A model generated the notes under the pieces. That model had not been told where the DNA came from, did not search any database, and saw only the letters and a list, made by a program, of their open reading frames with translations. This document shows positions 19,124 through 29,600 of a stretch of DNA of 50,043 nucleotides, one piece after another (the stretch's first letter is position 1; every line of letters begins with the position of its first letter). This DNA is from a virus (taxonomy: Duplodnaviria; Caudoviricetes), in the IMG/VR virus record IMGVR_UViG_3300047508_000210, positions 1 to 50,043 of that record. One strand, written 5' to 3'. The position numbers and the translations under genes are program-made.

Positions 19124-19312
19124 ATGTCAGGACTTACCGACCTTCAGGCAGCAGTGGCTGCGCTTACTTCGGCGGTTGCCGCGGTTGCAGCCGCCCTCTC
19201 CGCCGCAGCAGGCGATCCCGATGCAACCGTCGAGTCCCTCGCCCAGCAGGTTAACGCGCAGGTCACGGCGTTGAATGCGGCAGTTGCCGCGGCTCCCCCG
19301 GCTGGTTCGTAA
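19124..19312 (+). CDS. Small Ala-rich helical protein
   Basis: GGAG RBS; amphipathic helical hairpin; start uncertain. Confidence 0.6.
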   Translation: MSGLTDLQAAVAALTSAVAAVAAALSAAAGDPDATVESLAQQVNAQVTALNAAVAAAPPAGS

Positions 19313-19338
19313 CACCTAACTTGATGGAATAGGCTGCA

Positions 19339-20493
19339 ATGACTACTGCAACTGACATTGCGAACTGGGCCCTACAGGTTCCGGGCACACGTACAAACGT
19401 CACCGATGCGGAGCTTGCGGCCAATTCCACCAACGAGGCCCTGCAGATCAATCTCAAAATCGACAATGTCCGTCGGCGGTTACTCCGTATGGCCCCGTGG
19501 AACTGTGGGCTTAAGACCGCGAACTTAATCTACATCACCTCCGCGCCGGGCACGCCTGAAAATACCATGGCCGCAACCACCCTTTGGCAACGTGGCCAAC
19601 CATCCCCGCCGTGGAATTACGAATACCAATACCCCGTCGATTGCTTGCGGGAGTGTTTTATCATCCCCGCTACCCAGACCGGATTCGCTGGGGGTGTCCC
19701 CATCACCACCGCTGTAACCGGCGGCGCATCCAGCTTCTGGCAAGGCCAACCCGTCAAGTTCAAGGTCCAAAATGACACATTCATCCCGGTCACTGCCGCC
19801 GCTGTGGTTTCTGGCGGTGTTGGCTACAACGTCGGCGACATCATCTTCGGCCCGGGAGCTCTCAACCCAACAACAGGTCAACAACCCGTGGCCGCTCAGG
19901 GCTTGCAGCCGGTCGGCGGACCCGTGCAATTGCTTGTCCTTACTACATCAGGCGGTGGCGCAGTTGCGACCGTCGGAGTCATTTCACAAGTCAATAACGG
20001 ACAGACCGCTCCAGCACAGAGCGGAGTCGCACAAGGCCCGATTGCTGGAGGAAGCTATTTTAGCAAGTTGCCAAACCCTATAGCGCAGAGCTTTACCACG
20101 GGGAGCGGGACCGGTGCGACGTTCAACCTGACCTACGGCCCCGCCAGCAACCAGCGGGTGGTGTTGTGTAATCAAGAATTCGCCATTTGTGTGTATTGCC
20201 AAGACATCACCGATCCCGATACGATGGATCAGAACTTCATCGATGCTTGGGCAAAGGCGTTGGGGGCGGAGATTTGCATACCACTCACGGGTGATAAGAA
20301 ACTCGCCAATATGGCAATCGGTGAGGTAAACAACGCCATCACCTGGGCCCGAGCCAACGACGGTAACGAAGGTTTCTCCGTCAACGACGTAACCCCGGAT
20401 TGGATACGGATTCGCGGAATTGATTGGGCACAACCCTATTCAAGCCCTTGGTCCGGGTTTGATTGGGGTGGCATGTATCCGATATTTGGGTGA
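19339..20493 (+). CDS. Tail adaptor (tail tubular protein A-like) with internal beta-rich insertion
   Basis: TDIAN.AL, LLR..PWN, W.YEYQYP.DCLR, F..A...ALG, DWIR.RG. Confidence 0.85.
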   Translation: MTTATDIANWALQVPGTRTNVTDAELAANSTNEALQINLKIDNVRRRLLRMAPWNCGLKTANLIYITSAPGTPENTMAATTLWQRGQPSPPWNYEYQYPVDCLRECFIIPATQTGFAGGVPITTAVTGGASSFWQGQPVKFKVQNDTFIPVTAAAVVSGGVGYNVGDIIFGPGALNPTTGQQPVAAQGLQPVGGPVQLLVLTTSGGGAVATVGVISQVNNGQTAPAQSGVAQGPIAGGSYFSKLPNPIAQSFTTGSGTGATFNLTYGPASNQRVVLCNQEFAICVYCQDITDPDTMDQNFIDAWAKALGAEICIPLTGDKKLANMAIGEVNNAITWARANDGNEGFSVNDVTPDWIRIRGIDWAQPYSSPWSGFDWGGMYPIFG

Positions 20494-20499
20494 TGGCTC

Positions 20500-23391
20500 G
20501 TGGCTGAGATTGCGGTAACTGCTAGTTTTAATTCCGGCGAATGGAGCCCGAGTCTATTCGCGCGGGTGGACATTGCCAAGTATCGCTCAGCCGCGGCGTT
20601 ATTGCAGAACTTTTTCGTCGACTACCGTGGCGGCGCAAGCACACGGGCGGGATCGCAGTACGTTATCCAGACCCGGAATTTGAACACACCTGCTCGATTG
20701 ATCCCATTCCAAGCCTCGTTCAACCTCGGCTACATCCTTGAGTTTGGTAACTTCTACATCCGCTTCATCTTCCAAGGTTCGCCGATTTTGGAAAATGGGT
20801 TCACCATCTCTGCCGCGACCAATGCCAACCCTCTCGTAATCACCGCCACCGGTAACAACTTCGTCATCGGCGATTGGGTTTTTGTCTCCGGTGTCGGCGG
20901 TATGACCCAGATCAACGGCGGGTATTACCGCGTTCTCAATGTTTCCGGCGCGGCGGTGACGTTGGAAGATTTGTTCGGCGTGGCAATCGACTCCACTTTC
21001 TACGGCGTTTACACCTCCGGAGGTGAAGTCCAACGTATCTACACCCTCGCCAGCCCATATGCCGCGGCTGATTTGGCCCTGCTCAAATACACCCAACTCA
21101 CTACCAACATGATCCTCACCCACCCGAGTTATAAACCCCAGGAACTAACACTAATCTCCGCAATTAATTGGGCGATTACCCCAATCTCATTCGGCAGCAC
21201 AGCTACAACACCGAACCTAACCTCAGTTACCACCACCCTCCCAACTCTCGACATCTACACCACCCCAGCAACAACCGGGCAGGCGTACTATACCTACCGC
21301 GTTACCAGTGTCGATGCACAGGGTCAGGAGTCATTGCCATCCAACCTCCAAGGCGTTGGGCCTGTGGTAGATATCCGCACCTACGGCGGAACAAACCGCA
21401 TTTCATGGAACTCTGTCGCCGGAGCCGTAGCGTATAATGTATACGAAAGCGCTATTTCCTACTTTGGCCTACAACCCGCTACCGCATATTACGGCTTCAT
21501 CGGTACGAGCTATGGAACTCAATTCGTCGACGATAATATCGGCCCAGATTTCGCTGAGGGCCCGCCGAACTCCGAGAATCCGTTCACCGGGGCTGGAATT
21601 GCATTCTATACCGTTACAGCGGCTGGGACATACACCTCTGTCCCGTCAGTGATCTTAACCGGCGGTTCGCCATCCACGCCTGCTTCTGCGGCGGCGTTGC
21701 TTACAATTCAAGGAACTCCCACCATCACAGCTGGCGGGACCGGCTTTGCCGTTGGCGATACCGTCAACTTCAACCACGGTATCATCATGTCCGTGACGGG
21801 AGTGAGCGGTGGCGTTATCACCTCTTGGGCGGTATCGGGTGAGGGCGCCATCACCTCAGGCTCTGTGCCAAGCAACCCGATTCCCCAATACCAAACTTCA
21901 GGCGCTGGCACAGGCGCTACCATGACCGCGACATGGGGCGTTGGGCAGGTGTATCCGGTAACAGCCGGGATTGGGTATGTGTCCACCCCCACGGTTTCGT
22001 TTGGTAGTGGTGCAGCCACAGCAACGGCGACGTTGAGCGCTACTGGTTCCGGCAACCCCGGGGTGTGTACGGTGTTCCAACAACGGCTGGTGCTAGCGGC
22101 ATCTCTAGGTGCGCCACAAACGTTCTGGATGTCGGTGCCGGGGGCGTATTTTAACTTTAATACGCATAACCCCGTGAATGAGGGCGATGCGATTACCGGA
22201 ACCCTCACCTCGGGGGTGGTGAATACCATCAAATCCTTCGCCAGCGTCCCATCCGGGTTGCTATGTCTAACCGACAAAGCGGCATGGGCGATCACCGGCG
22301 GCTTCAACTTCTCCGGCGTTAGCTCGGCGGTGTCGGCGTTCTCCATCGTCGCGGCGCAGCAGTCGTTCATCGGGGCGAATGACATGCCGCCGATTATTGC
22401 GAATTACGATATCTTGTACGTCGAGAGCAAAGGCTCCAAGGTTCGAGACCTGACCTACAATATATACTTCAACACCTTCACCGGCTCCGACATCTCCACC
22501 ACAGCCTCACATCTATTCTACGGTTTCACTCTAACCGAATGGGCGTGGGCGGAACAGCCGTTCTACATGGTCTGGGCTGTGCGGAGCGATGGCACAATGC
22601 TCACCCTAACCTATCTCAAAGAGCAAGAGTTCATCGGCTGGAGCCATCAGGTTACGTTGGGGTTGTATAAGTCCGTCGCCACCATCACCGAGCCCAGCAC
22701 CGTAGCTGGCACAGTCGACGCAGTCTACACCATCGTCGAGCGGGTGGTGAATGGGCAAACTGTCCAGTACATCGAACGCCAAGTTGAGCGGGTGTTTCCA
22801 CTTGGCTTACAGGATGCGTGGTGTGTTGATGCTGGGTTGGAGTACATCGGCCCATCTGCCCTATCGTTCCAAGGCGCTCCCCATCTCTCTGGCCTTAACG
22901 TTACAGGCCTTGCCACCGATAACCTCGGCAACACCACCATCCTCACCCCATTCGCCATGCCCTACTCCGGCGCTTTCACCCTCCCAGCGCCGGTAGAGCC
23001 CGGGGCGACCGGCTACATCCAAGTCGTGTTGGGGATTGGGTATACTTGCCAATTGCAAACCATGCCGCTGGATTTGGGTGAGCCCTCCATCCAAGGCAAG
23101 GTGAAGAAGATCAATAACGTCGACGTGCGGGTGAACCAAACCCTAGGTCTGGAAATCGGCCCAGACTTCTCCCATCTAGTCCCCATGAAAGATTTGGTGA
23201 TCGGCAATGTTGGCTCAATGCTCACGGGACAGTCAGTTCAAATCGTCGATGACCTCTATACTGGAGATGCCCGTACTTTCCTCAACCCGACTTACACGGT
23301 ACCTGGTCAATACTGCATTCAGCAGTCGCTACCATACCCAGCTACTGTGCTTGGCGTATTCCCCAACTACACCATCGGGGATGACAAATGA
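20500..23391 (+). CDS. Tail nozzle / stabilization protein (tail tubular protein B-like)
   Basis: SFNSGEWSP.L..R.D, RLIPF.., LEFG..YIRF, FQQRL, W.VRSDG, W..Q.T.G. Confidence 0.9.
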   Translation: MAEIAVTASFNSGEWSPSLFARVDIAKYRSAAALLQNFFVDYRGGASTRAGSQYVIQTRNLNTPARLIPFQASFNLGYILEFGNFYIRFIFQGSPILENGFTISAATNANPLVITATGNNFVIGDWVFVSGVGGMTQINGGYYRVLNVSGAAVTLEDLFGVAIDSTFYGVYTSGGEVQRIYTLASPYAAADLALLKYTQLTTNMILTHPSYKPQELTLISAINWAITPISFGSTATTPNLTSVTTTLPTLDIYTTPATTGQAYYTYRVTSVDAQGQESLPSNLQGVGPVVDIRTYGGTNRISWNSVAGAVAYNVYESAISYFGLQPATAYYGFIGTSYGTQFVDDNIGPDFAEGPPNSENPFTGAGIAFYTVTAAGTYTSVPSVILTGGSPSTPASAAALLTIQGTPTITAGGTGFAVGDTVNFNHGIIMSVTGVSGGVITSWAVSGEGAITSGSVPSNPIPQYQTSGAGTGATMTATWGVGQVYPVTAGIGYVSTPTVSFGSGAATATATLSATGSGNPGVCTVFQQRLVLAASLGAPQTFWMSVPGAYFNFNTHNPVNEGDAITGTLTSGVVNTIKSFASVPSGLLCLTDKAAWAITGGFNFSGVSSAVSAFSIVAAQQSFIGANDMPPIIANYDILYVESKGSKVRDLTYNIYFNTFTGSDISTTASHLFYGFTLTEWAWAEQPFYMVWAVRSDGTMLTLTYLKEQEFIGWSHQVTLGLYKSVATITEPSTVAGTVDAVYTIVERVVNGQTVQYIERQVERVFPLGLQDAWCVDAGLEYIGPSALSFQGAPHLSGLNVTGLATDNLGNTTILTPFAMPYSGAFTLPAPVEPGATGYIQVVLGIGYTCQLQTMPLDLGEPSIQGKVKKINNVDVRVNQTLGLEIGPDFSHLVPMKDLVIGNVGSMLTGQSVQIVDDLYTGDARTFLNPTYTVPGQYCIQQSLPYPATVLGVFPNYTIGDDK

Positions 23392-23792
23392 ACGCCACCA
23401 TCCAACGGGTCGAGGCGTATGAATTGGAAACGCTACCTATCGAACCAACTGAACTCGCCGACATTACCCGCGCTGCTGGTGTTAGCGATCCTATCCTTCG
23501 CGGTGACTACAACGGCAATCTACTCGTGGTCTTGGGTTTCATCCCCCCAACCATCCTTTCCGACGATGCATATTTGTGGATGTATTCGTCACCTGTGGTT
23601 CGGCAGTATCCCATGGTTGTTGGACGGTGGGGATATAGGGTCATTGAAGCCGCTTTTCATCGGTACCCTCGCATCGTTGGGCATTGCAATCGGAATAGCG
23701 CGCATTGGCTTCGTCGTTTGGGTGCGGAAGTGACAACTGGTCCCGGTGGGTTGGTGTTTAAACTAGAGGCGCAACATGTCGCTCGCAACTGA
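23388..23792 (+). CDS. GNAT-fold T7 gp13-like virion-assembly protein
   Basis: AYLWM, S..WLRRLGA motif; position between nozzle and ejection proteins. Confidence 0.7.
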   Translation: MNATIQRVEAYELETLPIEPTELADITRAAGVSDPILRGDYNGNLLVVLGFIPPTILSDDAYLWMYSSPVVRQYPMVVGRWGYRVIEAAFHRYPRIVGHCNRNSAHWLRRLGAEVTTGPGGLVFKLEAQHVARN

Positions 23793-24321
23793 TATCGGGG
23801 CCGCTGGAATTGGTGGGACCATCGCTGGGGGTTTGACCTCGGCGTTTGGATCATTCCTTCAAGGCGAAAGCCAGAAGGCGTATTATGATTATCAAGCTGG
23901 CGTGGCGAGGATGAATGCGATCATCGCCAAACAAAACGCGGAGTATGCGGTTAATGTTGGGGAGATTCAAACCCAGCAGGAGGGTCTGAGGGGTGGGCAG
24001 CAGATGGGGCGAATACTTGCGGCGCAAGGGGCGAGTGGTTTGGATGTAAACTCTGGCTCAGCCAAGCAGGTGCGAGAAAGCCAAGTCGGTCTTACCAGAA
24101 CTAGCGAAACCTCCATCCGATCGACCGCTGCTAAGACCGCATACAACTATGAGGTTGAAGGTGCTGGCTTCACCGCACAGGCTGGGGCTGACATCGCCGC
24201 GGGCAAAACCTCTATGACTGCCGGAATGATCGGGGCGGCGAGTTCTATCCTCGGCGCGGCCACCTCCGTCTCTAGCGAATGGCTGCGTGGCCAGCAACTT
24301 GGCTTGTGGAGTCCAGCATAA
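23776..24321 (+). CDS. Internal virion/ejection protein (gp14-like)
   Basis: Gly/Ala-rich amphipathic ends; AAQGASGLDV.SGSA motif. Confidence 0.8.
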   Translation: MSLATDIGAAGIGGTIAGGLTSAFGSFLQGESQKAYYDYQAGVARMNAIIAKQNAEYAVNVGEIQTQQEGLRGGQQMGRILAAQGASGLDVNSGSAKQVRESQVGLTRTSETSIRSTAAKTAYNYEVEGAGFTAQAGADIAAGKTSMTAGMIGAASSILGAATSVSSEWLRGQQLGLWSPA

Positions 24322-26489
24322 TGCCCGAGATTCCCTACACTGGCGTACCGGATAGGACTCCCGAACTCCGGCCAACCCCAAACCTCAACGTCAATCCCCC
24401 CGAAGCGGCGTTTGGGACCAACATCGCTGCCGCCACCCAACACCTCGGGCAGGTGGAGGAGGGTGCGGGGAAGGAACTCTTCGACCGGGCTTATGCCATT
24501 CAAGAACTCAACGTCCAGTCCGACGCCCTTGCTCGCATGGCAAAAGCTCAGGATGGAATGAATAATGCGTTTGTAGCGTTTAAGGAAAAGCGTGGGCAGG
24601 ATGCCATTAATGCATTCCCTCAATTTCAACAGGATTTAAACAAAGCTCTAGACGATAATAGCGAGGGTCTAAGCCCGTATGGTAAAGTGTACTACGATCG
24701 CGATATGCGAACGTATCGCGGTAAGATGTTGTTTAACGGTTCGGAGCATGCGGCGGATGAACAGAAAAGCTATTTCGTAAGCTCTGCCCAAGCACGACAA
24801 TCAACCGCGATGAAGGGAATGGAACTCAATCCTGATGATGTGAAGGGGAATGAAAAGCTGCTCGATGGCATTCGCTCAGATTCCCACGATACCTCGGCTG
24901 CGTTAGGTGAACCTCCTGGCAGCCCACAGTATATCAAGCGCGAAGCCGATGCTGTTAACGCTGCTATCATCTCCCAACTTCGCGGCATGGGCCAGACTAA
25001 TCCAATCGGCGCGTTGAAACTATTCGACCAAGCCAAATCCAAGAATGAAATCTACGGCGAAGATGCGGGGCGGATGTACCAATGGCTGAAGGTTCAGCGC
25101 GATACTATCGGCGCACGGCATAACGCCGGGCAAGTGTTAAATGAAGCCGCTGGGTTTAATCTCGGTGGCAGGATGTTGGATGAGAAAGGCGCATTGGCTG
25201 GGCTCACCGGCTCGGAAGGCGGGGCGAGGTTTTACAACTGGTCTGGTGCGGACCAGTGGGATCAATCCCACCAAAACTTCGGCCATCCGATTGGGGCGTA
25301 TTCGGTTATGTCGTATGCCCTTCAAGGCTTCCTGCGCCAAGCCGGAATGGGCCCGATGACGGAGGAGGAATTCAAAGCTGATCATGCCGCGCAGGACCAG
25401 CTAGCATGGACGATGTTTAATAAATACCAACAACAGTTCGGCTCAGCCGATGCAGCGGCGATTGCGTGGTTTGGGGGTGAGGGATCGGTTAAGGCAAACC
25501 TTGCCGCGTTGAGCGATGGTCATACCTCTGGTCCAGAGTACCTCTCCCGCTTCCATCGTGGGGTGGTGCAAGGGGCTGGCGAGGCTGACATTGCCACAGC
25601 GGCGAGGACAGTGGCGAAGTCCCAATTCCCAGGTGATGATGACTTCGCCGATGCCAATGAGAACGCTGCGTTAACCCAATACAATAAAGAAAAGCAAATC
25701 CGCACCGATACCAACAACGCCAACACCCAGACTTTGTGGGGCGCACTCATCAACGGCGTTGGGCCACAGCATGAAATTCCAACAACGCCGGATGAACTTA
25801 AGCTCGACCCAACCGCCGCACAAGCATGGGACTCGTTGACGCATGATGATCCGAAAGCTGTGCAGCAGTTCTTGAATCAGATGGCAAAGAACGCGAAGGG
25901 GGATGTTGCTCTCACCCCTGAACGTGAACAGAACTGGCAGAAGCTAGCGGGGCTTTCGGTCAACGATCCAAAAGCATTCATGGACCAAACCGCTGATGTC
26001 TCCAAGCTCGACTTGCCGCTTTCGATGAAGAAGCAAATCATCGCTTGGCAGAGGGATATCTATAAGAAAGCCGACGCCGATCCACAGATGTCGCATGCGA
26101 TGACCTATCTCCAGCGCACCGGTATCCTCCCCGCTTCTGGCCTAACCAAAGACCAAGACCCAGACGGCCTCAACCAATTCACCGGCATCCTCCACGACAT
26201 CATGTCCGATTACCAAATGCGGAATGATAAGCCCATGCCGGATGATGAGATTGAAGCCACGGCGACGAGGCTGTTGCAGCGGACGTCCACCGGGTACTTC
26301 GGCACCAGCATCGGCCAAGGCCCGCAATGGTTTAAGTCAATCGACACCGTCCCCGAACATGAGCGCAACCTAATCATCCAAAACCCAATCTGGCAAGGGG
26401 CACAGCCGAGCGACGAGCAAATCTTAAAGATTTACCTCGCCACGCAATACAACAACGTCGTCAATCCACCCAAACCCCCGAGTAAGTGA
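24321..26489 (+). CDS. Ejection protein (gp15-like) with lysozyme/transglycosylase-like domain
   Basis: TAATG-coupled MPEIP start; GSEGG...IGAYSVM...QD.LA...AAIAWFGGEG. Confidence 0.8.
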   Translation: MPEIPYTGVPDRTPELRPTPNLNVNPPEAAFGTNIAAATQHLGQVEEGAGKELFDRAYAIQELNVQSDALARMAKAQDGMNNAFVAFKEKRGQDAINAFPQFQQDLNKALDDNSEGLSPYGKVYYDRDMRTYRGKMLFNGSEHAADEQKSYFVSSAQARQSTAMKGMELNPDDVKGNEKLLDGIRSDSHDTSAALGEPPGSPQYIKREADAVNAAIISQLRGMGQTNPIGALKLFDQAKSKNEIYGEDAGRMYQWLKVQRDTIGARHNAGQVLNEAAGFNLGGRMLDEKGALAGLTGSEGGARFYNWSGADQWDQSHQNFGHPIGAYSVMSYALQGFLRQAGMGPMTEEEFKADHAAQDQLAWTMFNKYQQQFGSADAAAIAWFGGEGSVKANLAALSDGHTSGPEYLSRFHRGVVQGAGEADIATAARTVAKSQFPGDDDFADANENAALTQYNKEKQIRTDTNNANTQTLWGALINGVGPQHEIPTTPDELKLDPTAAQAWDSLTHDDPKAVQQFLNQMAKNAKGDVALTPEREQNWQKLAGLSVNDPKAFMDQTADVSKLDLPLSMKKQIIAWQRDIYKKADADPQMSHAMTYLQRTGILPASGLTKDQDPDGLNQFTGILHDIMSDYQMRNDKPMPDDEIEATATRLLQRTSTGYFGTSIGQGPQWFKSIDTVPEHERNLIIQNPIWQGAQPSDEQILKIYLATQYNNVVNPPKPPSK

Positions 26490-26638
26490 TGGAAGTCCCG
26501 CTCGAAATCTGGCAAGGGATTGTGGATCGAATTGGCGTGGCGATTCAGAATTCGCCGGGCCCGATGTACACACTCGAACTCCACGAAGAAGAACTCAACG
26601 CTATGCTTGAAGCGGTGAAGGGTATGCTCGATGGCTGA
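26489..26638 (+). CDS. Hypothetical 49-aa acidic protein
   Basis: TGATG-coupled; MEVPLEIWQG...GMLDG*; overlaps next start. Confidence 0.55.
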   Translation: MEVPLEIWQGIVDRIGVAIQNSPGPMYTLELHEEELNAMLEAVKGMLDG

Positions 26639-29600
26639 TATGCTTGACGAGGCGGTGCAGGATTACATTACCTCTGCCAAGTCCCGTACCGTTGCGGGGT
26701 TTGCCACAACCCCCGATGATGCAGCGCGGGCGGTACAGCTAGAGGATGCCACCGGTACCCCCGCTCCGCTCATCTCCCCCGACGTTCAATCCTACGACAA
26801 AACCACCCAGCGCGATATGGCGTCGACGATGGTGGAGCGCGATCCGCAGTTGATGGCGTATGTGCATAGCCACCCAATGGCGGCGTCGGTGAGCCAGAAC
26901 GATTGGGGCAATTTGTCTATACTCAGTCAGGCGGCACAGGCGCATGCGGGCATTCTCAAAACCCTAAACGCCCCGTGGGATCGCGGGTTTGATGCTGCAC
27001 TCGATGCCGCGAAGGAAGACTTCAACCGGCCGATTACACAGTATAGCTATGAGGACATCGCCAAGTCGTTCCCCGCGATGGGTCCTGGGAAAGGGCCGTT
27101 GGGCTTTACCGCGAACCTACTCACCGCGACGGGACTTAACATCGGCAGCATCATCGGGGAGGGCACATCCAACATCGCCTCTGGTCTAATCCACGGGGCG
27201 AGTGCTTTCGTCAGCCAATTCGCCAAGTCAGTGGGGATGTCCGACACCGCGGCGGATTCGCTAACCCGCGAAGTAGGCGCGATCCTTGAACAAAAAACCA
27301 TCGAGCCCGGTGCGGCGATGGAGGCTGTGCATGGCGATACCACCGAACATCTCAACGCCATGCTCCAAGCCTCGCAGGTTTCGCGGTCATTTATCAACAC
27401 CCTCAAGACCTTTGGCGATGCCGGGAAGGAAGCTCCTAAGGGTGTTGTCCCCGCCATCGATGCCTTACGCGGTGCAGCAAATGCACAGTTGCTGGAACAC
27501 CTGGACGAAGTTGTGAAGCAAGCCCAATCCAGCGATACCAAAGAACTCGCCTCTGGGCTTTTTCGCAACTTCATGGAACAGCACTATGGGCAATCAACCC
27601 TCGGCATTTCCAGCGATGCGGCGATGGCGCTGTATGGTGACAAACTTCCCGAACCCAACGATGGGCTGTTGGGTTGGGTTCCTGGCATTGCCGACAAACT
27701 CGAAGTCGCTCGCCAGACCGGGTCCGATGTTGACATCCCCATCGCCGATTGGGTGGCGCATGTGGACCCGGCGATTGCTAAGAACCTGCATGATGATCTT
27801 CGCATCTGGCCCGGTGGAGTCACCGCTCGGGAGGGGCTGGAACTTGGAGAAGCCGAGCCGAAGCTTATGATTGAGGATACCCTCCCACAGGTGCGCGGAT
27901 CGTATGGCATGGAGCCGATGTTCTCGATGGGGGATAGAAAACTCACACTTCGATCTGATGCAGATAGGTTCGGGCATGAACTGCCTAAATATGGCCAAAC
28001 AGAAGAGATGCATGGAATAGGTATCTACGATGAAAATAGTAGAATGGTTGGTTACATTACATTAACCCCGCAAGGTAAAAATTTAAACATTGAAGAGATT
28101 AGTGGGACAGCTGGGCGATGGGCAAATCACTTCGGGCCAGCACTGATTATGGATTTGAAGCGTCAATTAAAAGCTATGTATCCAGAAGCCGAGACTATCT
28201 CAGGCTATCGCGTTACAGGAGCGCGTAAGGAAGCTGGTAGCGGACCGGCAACAACTTCGGTAAAGCTTGATGCCAAAGGCTTGGATCAGGTTGAGGCAAC
28301 ACGTGACCTTCTCTCCGAAACCTATGCCCGCAAACTCAGCGAGAATGTGTCCGTTGACATTGTCCCCAGTCACCTCTACGAAGCCAACGAAAAAGCGATG
28401 GCGGGGATTGTTCATGAAGAACTAGCGCGGATAACTGGTAAGAAGGCGAAGGTTGTTCCATCGGCGGGGATAGACTACAAAGGCGTTGGGCAACCGCGTG
28501 GGTTGTATATTCCCAAGGCTGGGTTGATTGTCTATGATCTGCTGGGCGAGGACCCGATTGGAACTGGTCGGCATGAAGCCATCCACTTCCTCAAAGATCA
28601 AGGGTTGTTCAGTGACAAGGAATGGAACACTCTAACCGAAGCGGCCGAGCAGGAGGGGTGGAAAGAACGCTACAACATCGGCGATCGGTATGCCAAGTTC
28701 TCGCCCGAAGTCCACACCGAGGAAGCAATCGCCGAAGCATTTCGCGAATGGGCAAAGGCCAAGGACGGCGAACGGCGTGAACATTCCCCCGTCGCCCAGA
28801 TTTTCCAAAAGATCATGGACTTGCTAGATAAGATCAGGGGCAGGTTCAAGGAACTATTCGGCCGCGAACCCTCCGCTGATGAGTTGTTTCAGAAGGTGTC
28901 GTCGGGTGAGATTGGTGAACGGGCAAGCATGGGCACTGGTGGTGGTGGCCCGTTGTTCTCCATGGACGAACTCGAGAACCTCAAGGCCAGTGGTCTAGGC
29001 CTCGATTCCAAAACCTTTGCCAATCTCACCAAACTCGTCAACGAGCGCTATGAACGTGACCTCGCCAAAGCCCAAGAGAAGGCCGAGCGTGACCAGAAGA
29101 AACGCCAATCCGCGGAGTGGAAAGAAAACCGCGAGGCGATGAAGCAGGATGTTGAAGCCAGCATCCGGCAACGTCCCGACATTGCGGTCGACCAGTTCCT
29201 TGGGACTGGGCAACTCAACGGCAAGCAGATGCCGCAGAAGCGGTATTCGCTCCTCGAGAGCGATCTCACCGCCGAACAGAAGAAGCTGCTACCCTCCACC
29301 TACTATTCCAAATCCGGCTTTCCAGTCGATGAAGTCGCCAAGCAGTTTGGCTACCCCTCCGGCGAGGCGATGATCCAGCACCTCGGCTCCTACAATTCCG
29401 CCAAAGCCGGACGTTCTACCCGCGAGATGTTCGAACACACCGTCAACGTTGAAACCGATCGGCAAATGGAGGCGAAGTATGGCGACCTACCCTCTAACAT
29501 TCTATCTGAAGCCAAAGCGCAGGCCTTCTCGGATAGTGAGGTGCATCTTGTCACCGAGGAATATCAAGCTGCGGCCCAGATGGCGGGTGTTACCGCAGTT

